Shown here: positions 30,421 to 40,707 of the stretch, one piece after another | Numbering within the stretch: the first letter of the stretch is position 1 | Layout of the letters: each line of letters begins with the position of its first letter | Assembly (NCBI GenBank): GCA_026397015.1 | Contig: JAPLVR010000003.1 | Span: 45,414 to 109,413, forward strand | DNA length: 64,000 bases | Direction: 5' to 3' | Source of the DNA: Candidatus Iainarchaeum sp. | GTDB lineage: Archaea; Iainarchaeota; Iainarchaeia; Iainarchaeales; JAAZKV01 | Notes under the pieces: generated by a model | What the model was told of the DNA's origin: nothing | The model's input: the letters and a program-made list of their open reading frames with translations, nothing else | Databases searched by the model: none | Position numbers and translations under genes: made by a program

Positions 30421-31353
30421 ATGGACGCGAATGTTTTTTTCAAACGGGCGATTTTATTTTTCTTCGAAAAAAACAGGGTTAAAAATTTTGAAGAAAAACT
30501 TTTCATGAATAATTCAAAAATGAAAAGCCTCACGGGATTTATCGAATACTCTTTGGTTGAAGGAATATTCCTGATGATTGCGGCGATGGCGCTGGGCGCA
30601 AAATTTTTCGGCACAGCGAGCATTGCGCTCGGCCCATTTGCTTTTTTTCTGCCATTTGCTTTGAACTACCTGTTTCAGGACATAAAATTTGAAAAAAGAA
30701 AACTTGCGAAGGAAAAGCTGCTTCCTGATTTGCTGCTGGAGGCGAGCGTCTTCTGCGACGAAACATCCTTTATTGGAACAATAAAACGCCTTGCAAAACA
30801 GGATTTTCCGCTGCTAAGAGAAGATTTTGAACGCGCGGCAGCGGAAATATCCAACGGGGCGAGCGCCGAAGAAGCGCTTGAAAGAATGAAGGCGCTTAAC
30901 AAGAGCGAAGCATATTCAAGAGTGATAGGGCTTTTGCTGCAAGGGTACCATAGCGGAGCAGAAATGTCAAAAATTTTCAAGGAAACGGCAGAGGACCTGC
31001 TTGAAACGCACGCGATACTGCGCGAACGCCAGGCTGTGATGCTGGTAAACAAGTACACGCTCATACTCGCTTCAGGAATAATTGTCCCCGCTGTAATCGG
31101 TTTGATTGTCGGGCTCGTTTCAGGATTGAATTTTGATTCCATGGGCGAACTGAGCCTCGGGCTCTCGATTGAAACCAGGAAAAAAATGCTCTCATTCGCG
31201 ACGCTCGGGACAACAATTTACCTCGGCGAATATGCCCTGCTGAGCTCTTTTTTCCTGGCGCTTCAGGAGGGAAACAAAAAACAGTTCTGGGTTTATGCGC
31301 TCATACTTTTGCCGACAGCGCTGGGAGTCTTTTATTTTGCAAAAGGCTTGTGA
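30421..31353 (+). CDS. TadC-like (T2SSF domain) membrane protein
   Basis: 'LLPDLL', 'EISNGASAEEALERM', 'SGAEMSKIF', TMs. Confidence 0.85.
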   Translation: MDANVFFKRAILFFFEKNRVKNFEEKLFMNNSKMKSLTGFIEYSLVEGIFLMIAAMALGAKFFGTASIALGPFAFFLPFALNYLFQDIKFEKRKLAKEKLLPDLLLEASVFCDETSFIGTIKRLAKQDFPLLREDFERAAAEISNGASAEEALERMKALNKSEAYSRVIGLLLQGYHSGAEMSKIFKETAEDLLETHAILRERQAVMLVNKYTLILASGIIVPAVIGLIVGLVSGLNFDSMGELSLGLSIETRKKMLSFATLGTTIYLGEYALLSSFFLALQEGNKKQFWVYALILLPTALGVFYFAKGL

Positions 31354-31445
31354 AATACCCTTGTGAAATGATAAAACTCGCTGTCGGTGCTGTCGCCACC
31401 ACCGCCGCCGCAAAAGATTTATTAAGAACCTAAATCATTCTAATA

Positions 31446-32225
31446 TTGCAAAAAATCTGGGTGAAAAAATTGAAGGCAAAAAAAAATCTTTGCGGCTGCA
31501 ATTGCGGCGAAAGAGCTGAGTTTGTTGAAACGAAAAATGTTTCGCTGAAAGGGTACACACTGCTCGAAGGTTTCCCTGGGCTCGGGCTCGCTGGAACGAT
31601 AGGCGCGAAATATATCGTGGAAAAATTAAAATTTGAGCAAATAGGCTACGTCGATTCAAATCATTTTGCGCCTGTAGTAAGGATAGAGTCGGGCGTGCCG
31701 ATGCACCCCGTTAGAATTTATGCAAGCAAAAAAAATAAGCTGGTGGTAATCCTTTCAGAACAGATAATTCAAAAAGAGATGATGGCGCCGATTGCAAGGG
31801 CGCTTGTCGAGTGGATAAAAAACAAGGGAATAAAAAGAGTAATTTCAACTTCCGGAATAAAAACTGAAGAGCCGACAAAAGTTTATGCGTTTGCAAGCAA
31901 CGAAGCGTCAAAAAAAACCATAAAAAAAGGCGAGATAAAAATAATAAAAAACGGGATAACTTCGGGCGTCACGGCGCTGATAATGCTTTACCTGAAAGAC
32001 AACAACATTGACGCTTTCTGCATTCTCGGCAACACAAAAACCAGCACGGATTACAACGCGGCGGTCGAACTGATAAAAACAATAAGCAAATTAACAAATT
32101 TGAAAATAGATGTTGAACCGCTGTCGAGGGAAGCGAAAGTTGTAAGGGAGTCGCTTGTTGAGCACATCAAAATGGCCGAGGAAAAATCGGGCTCTGGCGA
32201 CGACCAGGCGCCGATGTACATTTAA
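31446..32225 (+). CDS. PAC2 family (proteasome assembly chaperone-like) protein
   Basis: EGFPGLGLAGTI, HPVRIY, C-terminal MYI (HbYX-like). Confidence 0.88.
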   Translation: MQKIWVKKLKAKKNLCGCNCGERAEFVETKNVSLKGYTLLEGFPGLGLAGTIGAKYIVEKLKFEQIGYVDSNHFAPVVRIESGVPMHPVRIYASKKNKLVVILSEQIIQKEMMAPIARALVEWIKNKGIKRVISTSGIKTEEPTKVYAFASNEASKKTIKKGEIKIIKNGITSGVTALIMLYLKDNNIDAFCILGNTKTSTDYNAAVELIKTISKLTNLKIDVEPLSREAKVVRESLVEHIKMAEEKSGSGDDQAPMYI

Positions 32226-32361
32226 CCTTTAATCAAACCTGAGTTTTTGAAATTGAACCGCCTTTATTCGACGAAAAATTAAAAAAACAATTGCTGCGTT
32301 CGCCGTATGCATTTCTTCTTACCGAAAAGTTTATTTAGCCAAAAGCACTTCCATGTAGCAA

Positions 32362-32790
32362 ATGAAGCCGAAAGTATATTGGGCTGTTGCGCTAATAGTG
32401 CTGGTGCTGTTTGCCTTATTTAATTTTTTGAACGCAGAGACAAATATACCCATCGACGAATTGGTATTATTAAGCTATATCGAACTAATAATTCTTGTAA
32501 TTGGCATTGCCCTTTTTTCTTTGAAAAATAAGTTTGGATTTTACTTGGCTTTACTTTTTGTAGCATGCCACATAACTGTTACTGCTTTTGCTTTGACAAC
32601 ATTCTTTTTTAACCTTCCAGACATTTTGGGGGTTGTACAACTGTATCATTCAGGCCCAGTTTCAGAATGGATTTTTTCTACTCTTGCGCCGCTTGTTTCC
32701 TTGAACATAGGAGGTAGCATAATCCTGCTCGTGACCACATTAAAGAGCAAATCTGTTTTTGGTATAAAAAAGATTCTCCATTTTAAATAA
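32362..32790 (+). CDS. Hypothetical 4-TM membrane protein
   Basis: Hydrophobic ORF; looks more AT-rich than its neighbours. Confidence 0.65.
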   Translation: MKPKVYWAVALIVLVLFALFNFLNAETNIPIDELVLLSYIELIILVIGIALFSLKNKFGFYLALLFVACHITVTAFALTTFFFNLPDILGVVQLYHSGPVSEWIFSTLAPLVSLNIGGSIILLVTTLKSKSVFGIKKILHFK

Positions 32791-32880
32791 ACAAACCAAA
32801 AAAACTTACAAATCCAAAAAAATTTTAGACATTACAAAAGAAGCCATTTTCACTAACTAAAATTTGGAAACTGCAATTAA

Positions 32881-35800
32881 TTAGACTTTTCTGTATTTTT
32901 TTGTTCTTCTGCCGGCGCCGGCCTTTCTCGTGAATATGAACGAAACCAGCAGGAATACTGAAACGAAAATTATTAGGCCTGCCGCCGTTCCCGGAACGGA
33001 AGGAATATTCATTCCGGAACCCGTTGAAGAGCCGACATTGAATGTCATCGGGTTCTTTCCCTCTCCTGTTATTTTTCCGTCTGTTCCGCTGAAATAAACT
33101 CCGTTGTCCTTGAAACCCTGATTTAGAGGAATTATGTTTCCATTTTCAGGGTACCACTTGCCCGTATTTGGGTCATACCAAAATGAGCCGTTTGTGCCCT
33201 GGGCTGAGAGCAGAGTTTCCGGAGTGCCGTTGTTGTAAGTTAACTTCGGAACGCCATTCTCGGCATCGAATTTCAAAGTATGGCTTTTTCCGTCAACAGT
33301 ATCAAACACGAGCGTTCCATCATCCAGTTGTTTTATGCCATCAACGCCGCCGACGATTTCGGAATCCTCAAGGATTTTTCCTGTTGCCTTATCCCTTCTC
33401 CTGAAATAATCTTTACATTCGCCGGACACCGGGTCAACCTTTGAGTAGAATTCGTAAATGTATTTGTCGGTAGTGAATTGTGTGAAAGGGCCGAGTTTGT
33501 CCATTGATAGGTTGAAGTTGCTTACTTTCATCTGGCCCAAATCGTCGTTAGGGTAAGCCAGCGCTTTAAAATCTATTGCGGGAACAGGGCATTGCGTTTC
33601 CGGGTCGATGACCGATGTTTTCGTTGCTGTCAACCCCGCAACGTCTTTTGAATCAAGAACAGAGTCCTTGTGCTGTCTCAGCCAAACAATCAGCTCGTTT
33701 GTTTCAGGCTTCAGGACAATTACTCCGTGTTCGAAATTCATTGAAACGAATTTTCCAATCTGGCTTAATTGTCCGTTGGTAGAAAGTTTTGTCTGCCAAA
33801 ATCCGTCTATCAAAATTTTTGAATCGGAGCCCTGTGCTGCTTGTCTCGGCGCCAATCCTTCAAGGCTAATCTGCCCGTTTTCTATAAAAATTCCGCTGTA
33901 GTCAGCGGTTTTCAAACTCTCAAGTTTTCCGAACACCTGCGTGAGCTCGTCGCCCGAAAAAGGGATTCCAACCTGTTCCTCGACAGCTTTTTGGATACAG
34001 CTAAGCACATCCGCATAAGTTACTTTCACTTCGCCGTTTATATTTATTTCAAATACTATGGCATCCGTTTCTGGCGCGCCGACTCTTGTAACGGTTTTTG
34101 GCACGACGATTCCAGGAATCCTGGCGTCGGGCGGATTTGTGGCAAGCCTTACATTATCCGCCTTTGTTGAGGGAACAATAACTTTTCCGTTGTATGTTAT
34201 TTCCCCTGTTTTGTTGTCGATTCCCACTGCATTGTTCCCATCAGTATAAACCAGTTTTCCTTCAGTCGGGTACCCTGCAGCCATCGTAAAATCTTTATAC
34301 CAAATGTAAAATACGTCCTTCCCAAGAAGGCTTCCCTTGTTCGGCGGAGCAAGCAGCATGGACGCCTGCAACAGGTTTGCCTTTTTCGCCTGTTCGGAAA
34401 AGTTTGCAAACTGGTTTTTCAGCTTGTCCATCGCCTGTGAAACAAGATTTCCGCCCGATGCAGCATCGGTTGATTTTTTTGAAACGGCGTCGTTAATATT
34501 TTCGGCAAATTTTGAAACTGTATCCGTAAGTGTTTCATTTGAAATGAGTTCTTTTGTTTTTCCGGCAACATATTTTTCTGTTGGCGGCATATAAAAATGA
34601 ATGTAGTACCCTTCGGCATCGTCTACGCAGTCTTTCAATTTTGGCGCTAACGCCAGCTGCTGAATTCCCGACATTAAAAGCCCGGCGCCGGGATGTATGA
34701 AGTATGCAAGATTTTCCGCGCCCGCAAGAACCCCGCCCGAAGCAGTGCCAAACATCCCCAAATTCGCCCAGCCGATTCCGATTTCCCTCAATTTTTGGTC
34801 GCAGGTTTCGCTCTTTGTCCTGCCGTCAACCAAATTTATCTGACCGCCTTCTATATCTCCGCTCTGCCCTTTTATGTTTGAGTGATGGGTGTATGCAACT
34901 ATGGTTGAACCGTCCTTTGATTTTTGTTCCGAATCAACAGCTTCAACCAAAAATGCCTGTAATTTTTCAGGCGCCCTAAAGCCGCCGAACATCAAATAAT
35001 CACCTTCGGACTGCATGTTTGAGACACAATCGACGCAGTTCTCGTTGTGGGAGAAGAAAGCGAGGTCCTTTACTGAGTCGCGCATTATTGCGTTCTTGCC
35101 GAACAAACTGGCGCCAAGCCCGCCTTCACCGGAGATGGACGAAACTATTTGGCTTGTCGTCTTGTTATTTGCGGCAAGCTTATCAACAGCCATGCTCTTC
35201 CAAGGCAGCCAGTTTATTACTTTTGCAAACATATCCCCCTGGTCGGAGCCTTCATTCGCGAAAAAGTCGATGAACGAATCCCTATAAATTTTATCTACTC
35301 CCTGAACAATATCCATTTTTGTCCATGTGTCGGGAAGCATGTATGCTGAAATATCTTCGTACCCGAAACCGCGTTTCGCATTCCAATAAACTATGGGAAG
35401 CAGCGTTCCCTTATAGAGCCCTCCCGTGAGAGGCTGTGTGAAATATTCTGTCAGCATGTTTTCCTGCGCGGCAAATTGTTTGTCCAGCCAGCTCGCGGAC
35501 CTGCGCGGCTTGAAATTCTTTTCCGCCATCGCGTTCATAAGCTCCTTCATGTTGTTTTCCGCTGCGTTGTAACGCTTCATCATTCTGCCTTGCGCAATAC
35601 TGTTTGCGAATTGTTCAGGCGTGAGCTTCTGAGCCGGCACATATCCAGCGCCATAAACCGTAATTGAAGGGGGAAGCTGCGGATTGGTTGCAAGAGTTTT
35701 AAGTGAATCTTCGGTCAGTGGGTATAATGTCCCATCATTTAGTCTTATTGCGGTTTGATTTGCACCCTGTGTTTTGACCCATCTTTCCAGATCTGTAAGA

Positions 35801-37572
35801 GGCACATTTTCCTTCAAAACTTTTTCGGGAGATATTTTATACAACTGCAATGCGCCGTCCTGTGTCGCTTCAAATGTGGCAGAACTTGGATTTTTATACC
35901 AGCTCGCCCAGTTTCCTGTTCCATCTTTGTAACCAAACTGTTTCGTAATTTCTTTCATGTTAAAGGACTCGGAATCCGCCACCGAAATAAATCCTTGATC
36001 GGGTAAGGAACCGTTCTTTCTCAATGACACCCCCTCAAAGCCAAAAAGAGAAGCCCTTTCTTGTGTCCACTCCGGGACATCGAGCCTCACATAATCATCC
36101 CACGCGTTGCCCATATCGGCAAGCCGCCTTCCAACATCAACCACTGCATCTTCGTACTGCTTTTTCAGCATTGCATCGGCAGGATTCGCCATATGCGCGG
36201 CATTTAATACATCAAGGGTTTTTCTCCACTCCGTTGCCGAAACATTGCTTGTCTTAACGTAAGAGTAAAGCGGCTGCAAATCATCAAAGAGCTTTTCTTT
36301 TTGCGTGGCGGTAAGCTTCATTATCGGCGAACCATCCTGCATTGCTTCGCTCACAAATCCGCCGGCACCGTTTGAAAATAATTTCTTGTTGATTGTCAAA
36401 TCCTCAAGGATTTTTCCGAAGCCGTCCCTCTGAACATTAGGATAATATTGACTCATCTTTTCTATCCCGACTAATTGCGCAGGCGTTTCTTTTATTCCGC
36501 TTACCGTTTTTGAATACAAATTGTTGAGCTTGCTGAAAATGGTTTTTCCCTGAAGCTCGGGGAAAGTTCTTATTCCGACCGCTTTCATCAGCTTTCCAGC
36601 CTGGCTCACGAGGGTCGGGCCGATATTGAAAACAACCAAGTCGGTTGAGAACCACGCGTTATAATATTTGTCAAATCTTGAATATGTGCTTATGGTACAA
36701 TTGCTGTTGGTGCAACTGGTAGCGCTTTTTGCGGCGTAGCTCTCGGTCGCGATTGAATTTTTTATCTGATTGGAGGCAAGCACTTTTCCGACGGTAAAAC
36801 CGTCCGCATTTACATCATCAATATTGCTCATTATCTTGGTTTGATCTTCGCTCGACAGATTCGCCTTAATTTTTTCAACCGGGTCTAAGATGGATTCTCC
36901 CGCACTCTTAAAATAAGAAGTGAAGCCGACGCCGCTTGTTCTGTACATTAATCCTTCACCATATATCTTGCAGTCCGCGGTCTTCAAATCCTTGCATCTT
37001 CCAACCCTCAAAGTATCATCCAGAACAAATCCAATTCCCCACGGACCCTTTATGATATGGTTGGAAAAAAAGTTGAATCTGTCAGCAGGAGTCATCTCAT
37101 TGTGCGGCTTGTTCGACACTGCATTCTTTCCGTCACTGCTTTCTCCAATAAGCATGAGGTCGTCAAGCTTCTTGCCCGGCTCATTAACATCCTGGCCGTC
37201 GCCTATTTTTTTTCCGTTAAATCCGTCACTAGTAATGTTCATTATTGCCTTGGATTCTTTCGGCGTAAGGGAAGACATGACACATGCTTTGCCGTTCGAG
37301 TAATCGATTCCTTCAATATTTGAGGAACCCGGAGTGTTCGTGTCTGTTATAGGCACGTTGGTGTCGCTGGCGAGTGACGCCTTTTCCGCCAAAAAAGAAT
37401 TCGAAATATCACTGCCATTTGTGCTATTTTCTTTTATACCGCCATAGTCACTGAAATCGCGCGCATACGCCGCGAATGCCGGCGAGCTCATGAAAAGTAT
37501 CATTACAACGAATGCGGCGAAGAAGCCGCCGAAGAAATGTTTTGCGTTGCCTTCACGAACCATTACCCGCAC
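32881..37572 (-). CDS. 1563-aa secreted surface protein with C-terminal motif-TM-basic anchor
   Basis: Signal peptide ending SPAFA; Cys pairs; internal Gly-rich hydrophobic helices; C-terminus IPSVPG-TM-TRKAGAGRRTKKYRKV. Confidence 0.85.
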   Translation of the reverse strand: MRVMVREGNAKHFFGGFFAAFVVMILFMSSPAFAAYARDFSDYGGIKENSTNGSDISNSFLAEKASLASDTNVPITDTNTPGSSNIEGIDYSNGKACVMSSLTPKESKAIMNITSDGFNGKKIGDGQDVNEPGKKLDDLMLIGESSDGKNAVSNKPHNEMTPADRFNFFSNHIIKGPWGIGFVLDDTLRVGRCKDLKTADCKIYGEGLMYRTSGVGFTSYFKSAGESILDPVEKIKANLSSEDQTKIMSNIDDVNADGFTVGKVLASNQIKNSIATESYAAKSATSCTNSNCTISTYSRFDKYYNAWFSTDLVVFNIGPTLVSQAGKLMKAVGIRTFPELQGKTIFSKLNNLYSKTVSGIKETPAQLVGIEKMSQYYPNVQRDGFGKILEDLTINKKLFSNGAGGFVSEAMQDGSPIMKLTATQKEKLFDDLQPLYSYVKTSNVSATEWRKTLDVLNAAHMANPADAMLKKQYEDAVVDVGRRLADMGNAWDDYVRLDVPEWTQERASLFGFEGVSLRKNGSLPDQGFISVADSESFNMKEITKQFGYKDGTGNWASWYKNPSSATFEATQDGALQLYKISPEKVLKENVPLTDLERWVKTQGANQTAIRLNDGTLYPLTEDSLKTLATNPQLPPSITVYGAGYVPAQKLTPEQFANSIAQGRMMKRYNAAENNMKELMNAMAEKNFKPRRSASWLDKQFAAQENMLTEYFTQPLTGGLYKGTLLPIVYWNAKRGFGYEDISAYMLPDTWTKMDIVQGVDKIYRDSFIDFFANEGSDQGDMFAKVINWLPWKSMAVDKLAANNKTTSQIVSSISGEGGLGASLFGKNAIMRDSVKDLAFFSHNENCVDCVSNMQSEGDYLMFGGFRAPEKLQAFLVEAVDSEQKSKDGSTIVAYTHHSNIKGQSGDIEGGQINLVDGRTKSETCDQKLREIGIGWANLGMFGTASGGVLAGAENLAYFIHPGAGLLMSGIQQLALAPKLKDCVDDAEGYYIHFYMPPTEKYVAGKTKELISNETLTDTVSKFAENINDAVSKKSTDAASGGNLVSQAMDKLKNQFANFSEQAKKANLLQASMLLAPPNKGSLLGKDVFYIWYKDFTMAAGYPTEGKLVYTDGNNAVGIDNKTGEITYNGKVIVPSTKADNVRLATNPPDARIPGIVVPKTVTRVGAPETDAIVFEININGEVKVTYADVLSCIQKAVEEQVGIPFSGDELTQVFGKLESLKTADYSGIFIENGQISLEGLAPRQAAQGSDSKILIDGFWQTKLSTNGQLSQIGKFVSMNFEHGVIVLKPETNELIVWLRQHKDSVLDSKDVAGLTATKTSVIDPETQCPVPAIDFKALAYPNDDLGQMKVSNFNLSMDKLGPFTQFTTDKYIYEFYSKVDPVSGECKDYFRRRDKATGKILEDSEIVGGVDGIKQLDDGTLVFDTVDGKSHTLKFDAENGVPKLTYNNGTPETLLSAQGTNGSFWYDPNTGKWYPENGNIIPLNQGFKDNGVYFSGTDGKITGEGKNPMTFNVGSSTGSGMNIPSVPGTAAGLIIFVSVFLLVSFIFTRKAGAGRRTKKYRKV

Positions 37573-38154
37573 CTATAAAACTGCGCCCGAAGTAATTAAT
37601 ATTACTAACGGAATAGCCTTAATCTTGCCGTAAAACGTAAAAATGAACATGCCAAGCAAAGCCCAGTCGAAAAAGAACAAAACGAGGACCAAAAACAGCG
37701 CCGCCGCGCCGAAAATTCCTATCAATTGCTTCAGCAATTTTGGGGAACGCGTTTTCTCCTGTACCGAAATTATCAGGCTTGCGACAAACTCAAAGAACAA
37801 AAGCGCAAGCGCAATTACTACCGCTGAAAAAGCTATTCTTGCGCCGTCAAACAAAACAATCCCCATGTTTTCGAAAATAGTCAGTTGCGCTTCTTCGTCA
37901 ACAGGAACTCCTCCGGCGGCGCCGATAAAAAGAAAGTAAAAATAAAAGAACATGAGCCACAGGAACACAACCGCAAAATTCAGCACAACGCATGCCTTTA
38001 TCCAGCTAAGGGAATGCTTTTTCATGAGCCTTTCAAGAAGCGGCTGGCCGAGTTTGTAAGCCACAAAGCCGATTACTCCGAGCGGAACCAGCAGCACAAA
38101 AAAGTCTATAACCGCCTGAAAAAGGTTCATTGACAGGGGATCCATCGTTCTCAA
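37573..38154 (-). CDS. Hypothetical multi-TM membrane protein abutting the 1563-aa gene
   Basis: About five hydrophobic segments; no gap to the downstream ORF. Confidence 0.75.
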   Translation of the reverse strand: MRTMDPLSMNLFQAVIDFFVLLVPLGVIGFVAYKLGQPLLERLMKKHSLSWIKACVVLNFAVVFLWLMFFYFYFLFIGAAGGVPVDEEAQLTIFENMGIVLFDGARIAFSAVVIALALLFFEFVASLIISVQEKTRSPKLLKQLIGIFGAAALFLVLVLFFFDWALLGMFIFTFYGKIKAIPLVILITSGAVL

Positions 38155-38314
38155 AAAAATTAATGCATATAGTAATATATAAGCGTTCCTTTGAGAGCCT
38201 GCGCTGTTTCAATTCGGGCGGATTTGCCGCGGCTCCGAAGGAAAAAACCAACAAAAAGTAATAAATACTCGCGCGCCCAAATAGTATCAAAGTTTATTGT
38301 CCCAAAACAATTGA

Positions 38315-38962
38315 GTGGTTGCGTTGATTGATCTTTTGGTTTACTTGGTTTCTATTACAGGAAGCTTTTCGATAGGGTACTCCGTTTTGAGAATCGGCTG
38401 GCCGAAAACACAGGACAATTCGGCAATGGAAAAAATATGTTATGGTTTCGCACTCGGATTGCCGATTGTCGCAATCTCTGCCGCGGTTTCATTTAACTTT
38501 GGAATCAAATATTTCTTTTTTATGTTCGGTTCGCTTTACGCCCTCTTTGTCGCAGTCGCCCTTACAAGAAGGCTTTCCTTCGGGGAAAAGGATTCGGCAA
38601 AATTGCAGAAGAAAAAAAGAATCGAAACAATCCCTGAAAAAATACTTTCGAGCGACCAAAAATTTGAGCATTCAAAATACGGGGCGGGGGGGAAGGAACA
38701 GGTTTTTAAAGAAGAAAAAACAAATATATTCGCGGACTTGAAGCAGCGTGTCAGGAACTTCCAGCACGCGAGGGAAGAGGAGAAAAAAAAGGCGTTGGCG
38801 CGGCTGAAAGAAGCGGCAATGGAAACACTGAAAAGAGATGAGGCGGCGAACAAAAAAATGAAAAACAGCGGAAGCAAAAAAGTTGGCATGGGAGAGGACG
38901 ACGAAACCATTGGAGAGGACATCAACGTGGCTGAATTGGAAAAAATCAACGACTTTGAATAA
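38315..38962 (+). CDS. Hypothetical protein, 3 N-terminal TMs plus charged cytoplasmic tail
   Basis: Hydropathy pattern; divergent from the 37573-38154 gene. Confidence 0.7.
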   Translation: MVALIDLLVYLVSITGSFSIGYSVLRIGWPKTQDNSAMEKICYGFALGLPIVAISAAVSFNFGIKYFFFMFGSLYALFVAVALTRRLSFGEKDSAKLQKKKRIETIPEKILSSDQKFEHSKYGAGGKEQVFKEEKTNIFADLKQRVRNFQHAREEEKKKALARLKEAAMETLKRDEAANKKMKNSGSKKVGMGEDDETIGEDINVAELEKINDFE

Positions 38963-39009
38963 ATTTTGCAAAAATTTTTATTGGTATTTTTTGTTGGCAG
39001 GATTGATTT

Positions 39010-39903
39010 GTGATGGACAGGGTTCCGAGAAGGTTGCGCAGGTTTTACAGGCCTGTTGAAAAAAAATATGGGGATGGGGGGCACAGGCAGGGCTCCGGCC
39101 GGGATGAAAATGATTATTACGGAATCGATGCGGATTACAAAGATGTTTCATCATACACTTCGCCTGAAAGGCAGCAACTGGGGAGCATTCCTACTATGAA
39201 TTATGAAGATTTGGAAATAGACCCGAAAAATTACCGCGAACTCAAAAAATTTGAGCAGAAAAAAAAGGAAGAGGAACTGGCGCTTCTGGAAATAAACAGG
39301 TTCAAGGAAACTCACAACAGGCTTCCAAGCAAGGAGGAGGCGGAGCAGATAGCGGAAAACATTTATTCGCAGCTGAAGGAAAGTGATGTGTCGGAACTCT
39401 ATCCTGCAAGCGAAGAGGAAAACGGGGGAGAATCAAATGAGGCGGGCGGAAGAAAGGGCTGGCGCGAGAGAAGACTTAGAAAGGACAGACAGAAGAGAGA
39501 TTCAAAAGAAGCTGAAGGAGAAGAAATGAAAATACCTATGGCGCTGCAAACACCGCAGTCGGCTGAGCCGATAAAAAATATAAAGGCTTTGCTTGAAGAC
39601 GAATCGTTTGACTTAAAAGAAAAAGGCGGTCCAAAAAAAGGCGGCAAAAAAAGCGTGGAAGAATTCGATTTGGATGAAGATTTTGGGGAGGAAAGCGACG
39701 AACTTGATTTGGGAGAAGCCGAAGAGGCGGTATCGATAGAAAAGCTTGACAAGAAAGGAAGTTCCTGCCCGAACTGCAAAGCAAAAACGGAAAAAATAAT
39801 TTATTGCCCGAAATGCGGAAAGGCTTACTGTTCAAAATGCGCGGCTTCATGCGCGGAAGGAAAATATTCCTGTCCGGACTGCGGAACAAAAACAAAAATC
39901 TGA
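39010..39903 (+). CDS. Acidic, low-complexity protein with a C-terminal Cys8 zinc finger
   Basis: Four CxxC pairs (CPNC, CPKC, CSKC, CPDC) at the C-terminus. Confidence 0.75.
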   Translation: MMDRVPRRLRRFYRPVEKKYGDGGHRQGSGRDENDYYGIDADYKDVSSYTSPERQQLGSIPTMNYEDLEIDPKNYRELKKFEQKKKEEELALLEINRFKETHNRLPSKEEAEQIAENIYSQLKESDVSELYPASEEENGGESNEAGGRKGWRERRLRKDRQKRDSKEAEGEEMKIPMALQTPQSAEPIKNIKALLEDESFDLKEKGGPKKGGKKSVEEFDLDEDFGEESDELDLGEAEEAVSIEKLDKKGSSCPNCKAKTEKIIYCPKCGKAYCSKCAASCAEGKYSCPDCGTKTKI

Positions 39904-39918
39904 TTCAAAAAAATCTAT

Positions 39919-40707
39919 TTACTCATAATCAGTTTTAGGAATCAGCGCACAATTGAAATCGGCTTTGTTGGCTGCTGAATCCAAGCCCCACAAATTGTTT
40001 ACGTCCTTTGAAATCCACAAATCCAGCGACATTATGTAATTAGCGCCAACTCCGGTGACTGCGCTTAGGTCTTTGCTCGTTCCCTTGTCCAGAAAAACTT
40101 TGCTTGTTGCAGAATCAACCTTTCCAACGTATGGAAAAACCTTGTCTTTTAGTATGCCTGGCGAAGCTGGAATGCAATAATACATTCTTCTCTCGCTCCC
40201 GACAATATTTCCGGAACTATCTTTCTCGCATTCAGTTCCGGACTTCTTGCATTCATGAACCCCCATAAGCAGAAATAAAAATTTCTGCGAATCTTCCTGA
40301 AACAAATAAAATGCATAATCGACGGAGTGCTCGAAAGGTTTCATTACGGAATGAACAGTATTGGCAATCGCCTTTCTTGTGGCGCTGTTCAGCGACGGGT
40401 TCTGATTGCCGCTGCTCTCCGCGTAATCCTCCTTTATCATGGCCAACAAATAATCATATTGGGGGTTATCGCCGGTTAGCGAATAGATGCTTGTACCGTC
40501 GCGCATCACATTTACATAAGCAATTACTTTCAGCGTGTCCATCGCAAAATCGCCGGAATAAAAAGAATTTATCTGCTCTTCGACTGTCGCACCGTAATTA
40601 ATCAAAAAATAAAATAAGAGCGTGCAAATCATCGAAACTATTGCAAGAAAAAATAAGGAATCCGTAAGAGCAGCCTGCCCGCCCTCATCCCTTCCAAAAT
40701 AAGTCAT
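39919..40707 (-). CDS. Minor pilin-like protein (class III signal peptide)
   Basis: RDEGG/QAALTDSLFFLAIV; start overlaps the upstream stop (ATGA). Confidence 0.75.
   Translation of the reverse strand: MTYFGRDEGGQAALTDSLFFLAIVSMICTLLFYFLINYGATVEEQINSFYSGDFAMDTLKVIAYVNVMRDGTSIYSLTGDNPQYDYLLAMIKEDYAESSGNQNPSLNSATRKAIANTVHSVMKPFEHSVDYAFYLFQEDSQKFLFLLMGVHECKKSGTECEKDSSGNIVGSERRMYYCIPASPGILKDKVFPYVGKVDSATSKVFLDKGTSKDLSAVTGVGANYIMSLDLWISKDVNNLWGLDSAANKADFNCALIPKTDYE

Noticed and set aside
38536-39779. 182-aa and 126-aa Ser/Phe-rich minus-strand ORFs
   Set aside because: Mirror translations of Glu/Lys-rich plus-strand genes
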